Source of the DNA: Gammaproteobacteria bacterium
Lineage (GTDB): Bacteria; Pseudomonadota; Gammaproteobacteria; Steroidobacterales; Foliamicaceae
Length of the DNA: 64,000 bases
Assembly (NCBI GenBank): GCA_009844425.1
Contig: VYBN01000033.1
Coordinates: 72,550 to 136,549, forward strand
Reading direction: 5' to 3'
Below the pieces are notes generated by a model. The model saw only the letters and a list, made by a program, of their open reading frames with translations. It did not search any database and was not told the origin of the DNA. Positions 1 through 11,600 of this stretch are shown here, one piece after another (within the stretch, counting starts at the first letter, position 1; every line of letters begins with the position of its first letter). A program made the translations under genes and the position numbers.

Positions 1-340
<340 letters not shown>

Positions 341-348
341 TCCGGCGC

Positions 349-945
349 ATGATCCTGTATTCCAGTCCCATCAATCTTCATAGTCACCGGGTTCGGATAG
401 TTGTAGCGGAAAAGAACATCGGCGTGCGAATTGTTCAGGTGCGAGACGGCAATCTTCCGCCCGATATTCAGTTGCTGAACCCCTACAACACGCTGCCGAC
501 GCTCGTGGACCGGGAGTTGGCGGTCTATCACTCCCGAATCATCATCAACTACCTCGACGAACGCTTTCCGCAACCGCCGCTGATGCCGGTCGACCCCAAG
601 CGGCGGGCGCATTTCCGCTTGGCGCTGCACCGGATCGAGAACGACTTCTACAACCTCGCGGCGCGACTGGACGGGCAGGACGGAGAAGTCGAGAAACGGC
701 AGCTCAGGGAGGCGATGATCGAAGTTTCCGAAGCGGTGGAGTCCAGCCGCTTTTTTTTGGGCGACGAATTCTCTCTTGTGGACTGCAGCCTGGCGCCCGT
801 GCTCTGGCGCCTGCGCAGCTACGGCATCGACCCCGGACCACGCGCCGAGGCCTTGTACGGCTATATGCGGAGAGTCTTCGGCCGCCCATCCTTCATGGAA
901 GGCCTGTCCGAACTGGAGCGGGACATGCGCCCGCTGGCCGCCTGA
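349..945 (+). CDS. sspA: Stringent starvation protein A (GST fold)
   Basis: SHRVRIVVAEK, LNPYNTLPTLVDRELAVY, YLDERFPQPPLMPVDP, FSLVDCSLAPVLWRL; upstream of sspB. Confidence 0.93.
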   Translation: MILYSSPINLHSHRVRIVVAEKNIGVRIVQVRDGNLPPDIQLLNPYNTLPTLVDRELAVYHSRIIINYLDERFPQPPLMPVDPKRRAHFRLALHRIENDFYNLAARLDGQDGEVEKRQLREAMIEVSEAVESSRFFLGDEFSLVDCSLAPVLWRLRSYGIDPGPRAEALYGYMRRVFGRPSFMEGLSELERDMRPLAA

Positions 946-1012
946 GGGCGCGGGGAAAACGCGCCGGCGGCATGTTGTCAATCACGGGCTGCCTGCCACC
1001 GGTCCGCATGGC

Positions 1013-2437
<1,425 letters not shown>

Positions 2438-4272
2438 GCCAGTTCCCGTTGCAGCCGCCCGTCCGGAGTCCGGGAGACAATGCCGGTGAGACCGCCGATG
2501 CCCTTGCCCAGCCCCTTCGATCCGTCAAACAGGGCCAGCGCCAGTTTGAAACTGTCATAACCCATCGCGAAAAGCGAGATGTTGAATTCCGAGGAGGCAA
2601 GCCAGTCGGGCGAAAACTCGCCATGCACGACCTGCGCATGCCGGTCCGCCAGCACGGGCAGCGCGGGCATTTCCACTCCGTTCAGGTCGCGATTGTCGGG
2701 ATGCTCGGGATCGAAGATGTTCTGTATGGCGTAAATCGGCAGATCGCCCGAATAGTTGTAGCGAAGCTGGGGGACCAGTAGTTGGCCCTGGGCCGCGCGC
2801 GCCACCACGAAGACCAGGTCCGCATCCTGACGGCGGCGAGGCTCGAAGTTCAGGCTTCTGCCGAGGCGCCTTTGCAACTCCTGGTGCCGGCGGTTGCTTG
2901 CGCCGATCTTCAGCAGCCGTGTGATCTGGTCGGAATAATCCACGGCCGTCAGGCTGTACTGCTCCCGTGCAATGATTTCGCCGCCGCCATCCTGGTACTC
3001 CTGCGCAAAACTGCGGTAGATGCGCCGTCCCCATTCGTTGCCGGGGTACAGCACCAGTGCGCGCTCGAGGCCCCGGCCGAGGGCATGGCGCGCCGCCTGG
3101 CGGCTCTCGTGCTCAGGCGCGAGGGCGAATTCCTCGAAGCGGGGGGGCGGAGAACCGGCCCGCAAACGGTTCAGGGCGAGCGTAGGGCGCTCGCCGGCTA
3201 TTTCCGCGACCCTCTCGACCGATTCGGGCAGCAGCGGCCCGACAATGATTTCCGCGCCTTCCTCCACCGCGCGGCTCCATTCCCGCGCCGCATCGGGGGA
3301 ACCGCCGACTTCGTAGAACGCGACCTCGGGACTGGCGCAGGACGACTTCAGGGCGTAACGCGCGGCCAGGAACCCGTCGCGCAGCGATCGCCGGGCCGCG
3401 GCGTATCGTTCCGACCCGGGCAACAGCATTGCAATGCGCGCGGGATGCGAGGCGGACCGGCAAATCTCGGGCGTGATCGTGTCGGCCAGCAGAACGGCGG
3501 CGGGATGCTGCGGATACCTTTCCCGCCAGCCCTGCAGGGCGGCGCGGGCTTCGGTCGGGTCGGACTCCAGTTCGCTGGTCAGCATGGCGAGTTCTATCCA
3601 GCCCAATTGAACCCCTACCACGCCGTCGGATGTCAGTTGGGCGCGGTAATCGCGCAGCAGCGACCAGGTGAACCCGGCGCTTTCGACATCGCCCTCGGCG
3701 AATCCCGCGCCGAGCAGCGTCAGGTCCTGCAAGGCTTCGGCCGGCCTCTGCAGTGCGAAAAGCAGTTCCGACCGGGTCCGGAGCAGGTCCCCGGCAAGGT
3801 CCGGATACCGGTTGGGATCGATCGCCGCCAGCCTTTCGTACGCGGCGTCCGGGCCGCCGACCACCCTTTCGCTCTCGGCGGCCGCGAGCGACCATAGCCC
3901 GATCCATTCGGCGCCGGGGTCGATCGCCTGGAGTTCGCTGAGAGCCCGCCTGTTACGGCCCTCGCGCCCCGCTTCGCGCGCCGCCAGGATCCGGTATCGC
4001 TGCCGCGCCTGCGGAGGCGCCCGGCGAACCATGGACAGGTAGACTTGGCGGGCGGCGCCGTGATCTCCGGCAGTGGAAAGAGTGCGCGCCTGGTCGCCAA
4101 GGGCCGCCAGTTCCTCGCTGGAAGCCCGCATCAGATCCGCGGGAGTGCAGGCGGCCAGGGCGGCAAGCGCCAGGCCTGCGAGCGCCGCAAACCGGGCATG
4201 GCGTCCAGGCCGCAGCGTTGCGGAACGCCTGGCTGAGCGGCAAGCCACGACACTTGGCATGGAGGTGATCAT

Positions 4273-5160
4273 ATGGCGGTTGCGAAGTTGGCGGGGGCAG
4301 GCGCGCCTGAAGAAGCGGGGGCCTTGTTTGTCGCCGCCACTCCAATTGGCAACCTGGACGATGTTAGCACGCGGCTGACAGCGGTTCTCGAGCGCGCTTC
4401 CGGCGTGGCGGCGGAGGATACGCGCCGAACCCGCAAGCTGCTGCACAGCCTGGGGATACGCATTGCGATGGTTTCCCTGCACGCCCACAACGAGCGTTCC
4501 AGGATTCCCGAACTTCTGGAGAGACTGCTGTCGGGAGAGGACCTGGTCCTGATGAGTGATGCGGGAACGCCCGGCATCAGCGATCCGGGCATGCGGCTGG
4601 TGCGCGAAGCAAGGCAGTCGGGCATACGCGTAAGTCCGCTGCCCGGACCCTGCGCCGCGGTGGCGGCCCTGTCGGTAGCCGGCTTTCCCGCCGACCGCTT
4701 TCATTTCGAGGGATTCCTGCCCGCACGGCGGGCTGCGAGGCGCGCGCGGCTGAGACAACTCGAGGCGGCGCCCGAGACCCTGGTCTTCTATGAAGCGGTG
4801 CATCGGCTGACGGCGGCGCTTGAGGACATGCAGCAGGTTTTCGGCAGCGAACGCAGGGCGTTTCTGGCCCGCGAACTGACCAAGATCCACGAGAGCGCGT
4901 ACGGCGAGACACTCGCTGACCTGTGCCGGAAGGCCGCGTCGGGAACGATTGTTCCCAAGGGCGAATTCACGCTGGTGGTCGGCGGGGCTGGCAGGTCGGG
5001 CGGGGACGAGGCCGCCCTGGAATCGGTCCTCAAGGCGCTGCTTGGGGAGCTGCCCACGGCTCAGGCCGCGCGCTTGGGCGCGGAGATTGCCGGGGTTCCG
5101 CGCCGCGTCGCCTACCGGCGCGCACTCAAGTTGCATGCGCGGGAACAGAAGCCCTGCTGA
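4273..5160 (+). CDS. rsmI: 16S rRNA (cytidine1402-2'-O)-methyltransferase
   Basis: LFVAATPIGNLDD, AAEDTR, SDAGTPGISDPG, FEGFLP, ARELTKIHE; strong SD GGAGGTG at 4261-4267. Confidence 0.96.
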   Translation: MAVAKLAGAGAPEEAGALFVAATPIGNLDDVSTRLTAVLERASGVAAEDTRRTRKLLHSLGIRIAMVSLHAHNERSRIPELLERLLSGEDLVLMSDAGTPGISDPGMRLVREARQSGIRVSPLPGPCAAVAALSVAGFPADRFHFEGFLPARRAARRARLRQLEAAPETLVFYEAVHRLTAALEDMQQVFGSERRAFLARELTKIHESAYGETLADLCRKAASGTIVPKGEFTLVVGGAGRSGGDEAALESVLKALLGELPTAQAARLGAEIAGVPRRVAYRRALKLHAREQKPC

Positions 5161-5236
5161 GTTGATTTCCTCACCAGCTTCGGCGAGTATTGCATGCCGT
5201 AATTCATCGCCATTGCCCGCCCCAATCGTTTCCCGG

Positions 5237-5518
5237 CTAAGCCGAGAACTGGATCTTTACGCCACAGGCATCCGCGACTTTCGCCAGGGTGTCGAGGCGC
5301 GGATGCCTCCGGCCGGACAATGCCCGCGACAGCGCGACACGATCCACTTTCGCGCGCCGCGACAGCTCGGACACGCCACCCTGGGCTTCGGCCACGTTGC
5401 GAAACGCTTTCATAAGCAATCTCGGGTCGTCCATCTCCTCGATGGCCGCGTTCAGGTAGGCGGCGATGTCTTCCGGCGTTTGCAGGAATTCGCTGGCCTT
5501 ATGGACCTTGATCGGCAT
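5237..5518 (-). CDS. Putative addiction-module antidote protein (HI1420-like HTH antitoxin)
   Basis: [70 protein letters not shown]. Confidence 0.88.
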   Translation of the reverse strand: MPIKVHKASEFLQTPEDIAAYLNAAIEEMDDPRLLMKAFRNVAEAQGGVSELSRRAKVDRVALSRALSGRRHPRLDTLAKVADACGVKIQFSA

Positions 5519-5669
5519 TTCTTTTCTCCCGCTTGTAGGCGTTCCAGTCTTCAGCCGCCCTGTCGATGTCGCGCTGTTGCCGTTTCTTCGTGCCGCCAGC
5601 CAACAGGATCACAAGCTCATCGCCATCCTTCCCGCAATACACACGGTATCCTGGGCCGTGGCCATTTGA
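5499..5669 (-). pseudogene. 5'-truncated addiction-module killer toxin (HI1419/Gp49-like RelE-type), C-terminal half only
   Basis: Manual minus-strand translation [53 protein letters not shown]; overlaps antitoxin start; in-frame TAG at 5670-5672 and no start codon upstream of the motif. Confidence 0.82.
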
Positions 5670-5691
5670 CTACAAGAAATCAACAGGGAGA

Positions 5692-5740
5692 TTGCGTTGC
5701 AATTGTTACGGGGCTATATTGTATAGTCGATAGATATACA
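5692..5740 (+). promoter_or_regulatory. Sigma70-like promoter and inverted-repeat operator of the DUF1778/GNAT TA operon
   Basis: TTGCGT(5692-5697)-17 bp-TATATT(5715-5720); dyad TGTATA-N9-TATACA at 5720-5740 over the predicted start site. Confidence 0.6.
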
Positions 5741-5758
5741 TAGGCGAGGTCAAGAATC

Positions 5759-6025
5759 ATGGCCAAGACAGCGCAAATCAGCATGCGTGTGGAGCCCGGT
5801 CGATTTGCGTTGTTGACCAGAGCCGCGGCTGCAGTGAAGAAGGACCGGAGCGCATTCATACTTGAGGCGGCCTGCAGGGAAGCGGAGAGCCTGCTGTTGG
5901 ACCGGCGGCTGTTTTTACTGGACGAAGAATCATTCGCCGCCTTTGAATCGGCCTTGAACGCGCCCGTGCCCGACGATGCCGGACTGAAGTCCTTGCTGGA
6001 CGTGCCTCTTCTGTGGGAGGACTGA
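5759..6025 (+). CDS. DUF1778 ribbon-helix-helix antitoxin (TacA/AtaR-like)
   Basis: ISMRVE..LLTRAAA..KDRSAFILEAACREAESLLLDRRLFLLDEESFAAFESAL..P..LKSLL..PLLWE; overlaps GNAT gene. Confidence 0.92.
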   Translation: MAKTAQISMRVEPGRFALLTRAAAAVKKDRSAFILEAACREAESLLLDRRLFLLDEESFAAFESALNAPVPDDAGLKSLLDVPLLWED

Positions 6026-6528
6026 CTGCACCGGTTCCGTTAACCGCTGGCCACCAGTTGACCCGCTTCGACTGTGGCAACCGCGCGCTTAACGTCTGGC
6101 TCAAAGATCGCGCCCTGAAGAATCAGGCCTCCGGCGCGAGCCGGACTTTCGTGGTATGCCGCAATGGGCGCGTAGTTGGATACTACGCGTTGGCCACAGG
6201 AAGCATTGAGAGGATTGCCGCTCCGGGGCGCATCAGACGGAATATGCCCGAGTCGGTTCCGGTCATGGTTCTGGGCAGGCTGGCCGTGGATGTCAGCATG
6301 CAGAGGAACCGCCTGGGTTCCAGGCTTCTCAAGGATGCGCTGCTTCGCACCGTTCGCGTATCGAAGGACGCTGGAATCAGAGCGATGCTGGTGCATGCCA
6401 TATCGGATGAAGCCGCTCGCTTTTACAAACGGCGCGGATTCCAGCCGTCGCCTCTGGATTCAATGACCTTGATGCTACCCCTTGAACATGTGGAAAGATT
6501 GATAGCCGGCCGCGTCCGCAACGCATAA
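6013..6528 (+). CDS. GNAT acetyltransferase toxin (TacT/AtaT-like)
   Basis: FDCGNRALNVWLK.RALKNQ.SGASRTFV, VVGYYALATG, RRNMP..VPVMVLGRLAVD, LVHAISDEAARFY..GF. Confidence 0.92.
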   Translation: MGGLTAPVPLTAGHQLTRFDCGNRALNVWLKDRALKNQASGASRTFVVCRNGRVVGYYALATGSIERIAAPGRIRRNMPESVPVMVLGRLAVDVSMQRNRLGSRLLKDALLRTVRVSKDAGIRAMLVHAISDEAARFYKRRGFQPSPLDSMTLMLPLEHVERLIAGRVRNA

Positions 6529-6539
6529 AATCCCGCCGA

Positions 6540-6585
6540 GAATCAATCATAAAGTATTGATTCATATTGTTATTCATGCTATAGT
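6540..6585 (+). promoter_or_regulatory. Strong sigma70-like promoter of the DUF222-HNH gene with an operator-like dyad over -35
   Basis: TTGATT(6557-6562)-17 bp-TATAGT(6580-6585) with extended TGn; dyad GAATCAAT-N8-ATTGATTC 6540-6563; SD GAAAGGAG before ATG 6621. Confidence 0.65.
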
Positions 6586-6620
6586 TCCGACACTGTCAAC
6601 GGACTGAAAGGAGCCCTGAA

Positions 6621-8222
6621 ATGGACCTTCACCGCACTGCTTCCTCCGCCCCCGTTCGCGACGCCGAACGTCATTCTTACAACGCTTCCGAGCCAACCCC
6701 AGGCAGTGATGCCTGGATGGCCGAGCGCCGTCACGAAGAAGCAGCGCTGGAGGATATGGAAGCGCAACTCACCGAACTGTGGGGCCACATCAACGCGGCC
6801 ACGGCGCAGTTTCTGGCGCTGCTGGCGGAGTTCGATCGCAGAGAGGGCTGGGCCCAGCACGGCGTGTCCAGTTGCGCCCACTGGCTGAGCTGGCAATGCG
6901 GCATCAGCCCGGGAGCGGCCAGGGAGAAAGTGCGGGTGGCGCGGGCCTTGACGTCGCTGCCGAAGATCAGGGAAGCCTTCGGCGAGGGCTGGCTGTCGTA
7001 TTCGAAGGTTCGCGCGCTTACCCGGGGAGCGACGGCGGAGACGGAAGACACGTTGTTGAGCATTGCCCTGAACGGCACGGCCGTGCATGTGGAGAGAACG
7101 GTGCGGGGTTTTGTGCGGGTGCAGCGGGACAGGGAGCGCAGCGAGGCCGAAGTCCTGCATGAGCGGCGTTATCTGGAGTGTCGGCGCCAGGGCGACGGTA
7201 GTGTGAAGCTTGAGGCCTGTCTGGCGCCGGAGGTGGGCGAGATGCTTTACAAGGCACTGGAAGCAGCGCATGCGGAACTGGATGAACGGAACGGGGATGC
7301 GGAAGACGACGGCGCTGCCAATTCTGAGGGAGCGGCGGATGCAGCATCTGCAAACGTTCCCGCGGGAATGTACGACCCGCATTGCTCGCAACAGAGTGGC
7401 GTCTCATCGGCAGATGTTTCCGCGGAAACAACCCGGACGCGGTTCTCGCCGCCGCCATTGTGGGATGCGGCTGATGAAGGCGTTCCCGCGGGAACGCCGC
7501 CTCGCAGTGTGAGCCAGAAGCGAGCCGATGCGTTGGGGCATATCCTCGACCGGTATCTGACCGGCAAGTGCTCAGGTTCAGCCAATAACGCCCATGAGGT
7601 GGTGGTGCATATTGCCAATGATGCGTTGTGCGACGTGCCGGAGAGCAGCGGCGCGGAGTTCGACAACGGCCATGCCGTGGCAGTGGAAACCGCAAGGCGG
7701 CTGGGCTGTGACGGCGCACTGGTTGGCGTGGTGGAAGGCGCCAAGGGCGAGCCGCTGGCGATCGGCCGGCGAACCCGCGCCGTGCCTCCGGCCATCCGGC
7801 GGGCTTTGCGCGTTCGCGATGGCGGGTGCCGCTTTCCGGGCTGCGGCCGATCCCGCTATGTTCACGCTCATCACATCAAGCATTGGGCGGAGGGTGGAGA
7901 GACCCGTCTCGACAACCTGGTGACGCTGTGTTCCGAGCATCACCGGCTGGTGCATGAAGGAGGATACGGTGTACGCGTCAACGAGGGGGAGATCGAGTTC
8001 ATTCGACCGGACGGGCGAGTCATGCCGCCGGCGGGTATGCCGCATGGAGAGCGTTCCCGCGGTAACGTTTGCGCTGCATCAGGCGCGAAGAGGCTGGCGG
8101 AATCCAACGTGGCGCGCGGCATCAATATTGACGCGAAGACCGCCCGCTGCAAATGGGGCGGCGAGCGGATGGACTACAACATCGCGATCGACGGGCTGTG
8201 CTGGCAGGCGGGATTTCGCTGA
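6621..8222 (+). CDS. DUF222 domain-containing HNH endonuclease (13E12-repeat-family-like)
   Basis: N-terminal LAEFDRREGW...SCAHWLSW.CG..AREKVRVARAL..LP...LSYSKVRAL; ETARRLGCD; C-terminal HNH RDGGCRFPGC..HAHHIKHWAEGGET.LDNLVTLCSEHHRLVH. Confidence 0.9.
   Translation: MDLHRTASSAPVRDAERHSYNASEPTPGSDAWMAERRHEEAALEDMEAQLTELWGHINAATAQFLALLAEFDRREGWAQHGVSSCAHWLSWQCGISPGAAREKVRVARALTSLPKIREAFGEGWLSYSKVRALTRGATAETEDTLLSIALNGTAVHVERTVRGFVRVQRDRERSEAEVLHERRYLECRRQGDGSVKLEACLAPEVGEMLYKALEAAHAELDERNGDAEDDGAANSEGAADAASANVPAGMYDPHCSQQSGVSSADVSAETTRTRFSPPPLWDAADEGVPAGTPPRSVSQKRADALGHILDRYLTGKCSGSANNAHEVVVHIANDALCDVPESSGAEFDNGHAVAVETARRLGCDGALVGVVEGAKGEPLAIGRRTRAVPPAIRRALRVRDGGCRFPGCGRSRYVHAHHIKHWAEGGETRLDNLVTLCSEHHRLVHEGGYGVRVNEGEIEFIRPDGRVMPPAGMPHGERSRGNVCAASGAKRLAESNVARGINIDAKTARCKWGGERMDYNIAIDGLCWQAGFR
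7355..7498. repeat. Three regularly spaced intragenic palindromes GTTYCCGCGGRAAC
   Basis: CGTTCCCGCGGGAATG (7355-7370), perfect TGTTTCCGCGGAAACA (7415-7430), perfect GGCGTTCCCGCGGGAACGCC (7479-7498); centre spacing 60 and 66 bp. Confidence 0.9.
8052..8067. repeat. Fourth copy of the palindrome, in a different reading frame
   Basis: CGTTCCCGCGGTAACG (one mismatch), translated as RSRGN rather than VPAG/VSAET. Confidence 0.8.
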
Positions 8223-8684
8223 CGAGTTGATGCCTGCCATATGGAGACTGTCTTGATTCGGGTGCTCTTCTACCCATGCACGGACGTAATCGTCAGCATG
8301 GTCCGGCCTACCTGCCGTCGTGGGCCGCGCCACCAGTACAGGAATAATCCTAGGATTGAATTGCCCCACAAGAGCAGCGCAATACATGGCTCGGATATTC
8401 ACATATAAGATTTGGCCATGCGCGGACGACCGGACGGTTTTTTGCGTCAGGCGCACGGCAAGGCTTTGCGAGTTTTGCCATGCGAAAGCCGGCCAATCTG
8501 CTATGCTTGCGGGCGACGGCTTGGTGGCCGACCAGTTGCGGAGCTTGCCGCTTCGGCGCGAGCTAGGGAAAGGCTTAAATGGGATGCGCGGCTATAGGCG
8601 TGAGCACTGGGGGTATATGCGGTTCGGCAACTCCAAGCTGAGTCCTTTTCCTAACGCGCAGCCAACAGGTAGAGGCAAAACGCG

Positions 8685-11600
8685 ATGAAGGGCGATCAAC
8701 GCAGGCCCATCCAGAAGTTCCAGAACTTGCTGCGCGAGCTCTTCCAGTTCGACTGCGCGGACTTGGACTTCGGTATTTACCGAATCATGAACCACAAGCG
8801 CGATGTCGTGGAGCGGTTCATCTCAACGACATTACCTGAGGCCGTCGACAAGGAGTTGGGCGCAGGGACGCTTGCCAGGCAGGCGGAAGCCAATGCGGCA
8901 TTGCAGGAAGCTCGGCGGCAATTGCTTGAATCGCTCGGCGCCAATGCTCTCGACACGTATGGTGATGTCGTATCTGCGATGGCCGATACGCCAGTAGCCA
9001 AAGAGTACCTCTCAGCAAAGGCCCGCGCTGGCGCCAGTCGCAGCCGCCGAGCCTTGGAGACCGACGTTTACAACCACCTCTATGCATTCTTTAACCGCTA
9101 TTACCACGACGGCGACTTCATTTCCAAACGGCGGTATTCCCGCAACCATCGCTACGCGATCCCCTACAACGGTGAGGAGGTGCATCTTCATTGGGCCAAC
9201 AGTGACCAGTACTACATCAAGACCGATGAGCACTTCCACAGTTATCAATGGAAGTCGCCAATAGGGGTGACCGTCCACTTTCAGGTAGTTGCAGCCGACG
9301 TGGAACAAAGCAATGTCAAAGGCGAACGTCGTTTCTTCGTGCCCAAATGGGCCGATGCCAAGTGGGAATCCGAGAGCCGGATGCTTGCTGTTCCTTTCAA
9401 CTATCGTCCGCTCACCGCCAAGGAGCAGGCGGATTACGGGCAACGCAACCAACAAGAAGGGATCATCGCGGCTTCAGCAGATCAGTTTCCAAAGCACATC
9501 AAGGATCTGGATGCCCTGGCCGCTCTGACCAGTGAGCGCAGCCGCAAAGCTGACGGCGAACCACTCACCTATCTTGAGCATCACTTGCGCCGGTATACGC
9601 GCCGCAACGATTCGGATTTCTTCATACACAAGAATCTTCAGGCGTTCCTTTCCCGAGAACTGGACTTCTATTTAAAGAACGAGGTCCTGAACATTGAGAA
9701 TCTGGACCTTGCCGGTGAGCAGGGCTCAGAAGGGTGGTTTCAACTGATCCGGCTCATCAAGGCCATCGGCGATCAGATCATCGTATTCCTCGCCCAGATT
9801 GAGGGCTTCCAAAAGATGCTTTGGGAAAAGAGGAAGTTCATTACGGAAACAAACTACTGCGTCGCCGTGCGCTGCATCCCGGACGAGTTTTATGCAGAGA
9901 TTGCGGCAAATGACGAGCAGTGGGCGGAGTGGCTGTCACTGTCGGTGCTGGATGGTGAATCCGCGTATCTGGCACACCCTGGGACTGCTGTCGGCGAACG
10001 AATCGAATGCCTCAAGCAGCGCGGCACGTTCATGTTGGACACTGCACATTTTTCCGAACCATTTACAGACCACTTGCTGGCCTCCATTGACGACTTGGAC
10101 GAGGCCACCGATGGGCTGCTTGTTCATGGTGACAACTGGCAAGCGCCGCGCCTGCTGCAAGGCCGATACAAGGGTGCCGTGCAGTGCGTTCACATTGATC
10201 CGCCATATAACACGGACACCAGCGGTTTCCTCTACAAGAACAGTTATCAGCACTCAAGCTGGTTGGCGATGATGCATGATCGTGTGGCGGCGGGTATCGC
10301 CGTAATGGACCCTGGTGGCGCTTTCGTCTGCCATATCGACGAGAACGAGAACGAACGGCTGCATGGCCTGTTCTCGCATATGGGAATCCCAGATGGCGGG
10401 ACCATTGTGTGGGATAAGAAAAATCCCATGCTCGGACGAAAGCAAATTGCTACGCAGCACGAGTATGTGCTCTGGAGGACTTGGAACCAATCATCCGTGT
10501 TAATGCGATCTGCCAACGTCCGCAGGATTTTGGACAAAGCGGCGTCGTGCATTCGCTCGAAAGGGGGCGTTAACGAACGTTCAAGAAAGGAATTTCGGAC
10601 TTGGCTTGGCAGACAGAACGACTTGAGCGGGGGAGAAAGGGCGTATGAACATATAGATGATGACGGCCGTGTGTTTCAGAGCGTAGCGATGGGAGCGCCA
10701 GAACCCAGGGAGGACAGAAAGTTTCACATTCCCTTGGTGCACCCGAAAACGAATAGGCCGTGTCCTGTACCGCCCAGCGGCTGGTCGCGAGCTCCCGAGA
10801 CAATGCGCAAGCTAGCGGATAAGAACCAAATCATTTTCGGCAAGGACGAGTCTGTGCAACCGCGGCTGAAACTCTTTCTATCAGAGGAAACCAAGCGGCA
10901 GATGCCATCTGTGATAAGGGACTCGGGGCGCGGCAAGGGGGACTTGGACAAGCTGGGATTGGTGTTTCCCTACTGCCATCCTGTTTCGTTATACGAGGAA
11001 CTTATTGGTGCAGCGGCGGCGCGGACCGACGCCTGCGTCATGGACCACTTCGCTGGATCTGGGACGACCGCGCACGCCATTGTCAACCTGAACAGGGCGG
11101 ACGGAGGCAGGCGCAAGTTCATCCTGGTGGAAGTCGGCGAGCAATTTGATGTCGTGCTGCTACCCCGCGTCAAGAAGGTGGCGTTCTCATCTGTGTGGAA
11201 CAAAGCTAAACCGGAGGAAATGACGGCAAACGATGAAGTACAGAGTTCTCCGCGAATCATCAAGTACATGCGCCTCGAGTCCTACGAAGACGCTCTGGAC
11301 AGCATTGAATTTGACCAGCGGGCAGGCGAGCTTGGGCTGGAGGACAGGATCGAAGGCTATCTGCTCAACTACATGCTTAAGTGGGAAACAAAGGACAGCG
11401 AAACGCTCCTGAACCCTTCGAAACTGACCGCGCCATTCGACTACCGGCTTCGCGTCCACGCGAATGGCGACACCGTGGAGCGCCGGGTTGACGTGGCCGA
11501 TACCTTTAACTACCTGCTTGGCCTTAAGGTGCGAACCCGCCGGGTATACACGGACGGAGACCGGCGCTATCTGGTCTATCGCGGGGAGACCCGCGAGCGA

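Noticed and set aside
4273..5136. N-terminal ~290 aa of the listed 916 aa minus-strand ORF as part of LpoA
   Set aside because: It is the antisense shadow of rsmI; the LpoA signal peptide and lipobox begin near 4260
5161..5240. RNase P RNA (rnpB) expected after rsmI
   Set aside because: Only ~75 bp before the next gene and no GAGGAAAGTCC signature
7415..7430. Bona fide chromosomal parS site
   Set aside because: Central 4 bp are CGCG, not the ACGT of canonical parS; no parAB here, so reported only as parS-like
7355..7498. CRISPR mini-array interpretation of the three palindromes spaced 60/66 bp apart
   Set aside because: Repeats are only 14-20 bp, loop-less, non-identical and in-frame within a CDS; no cas genes or leader in the window
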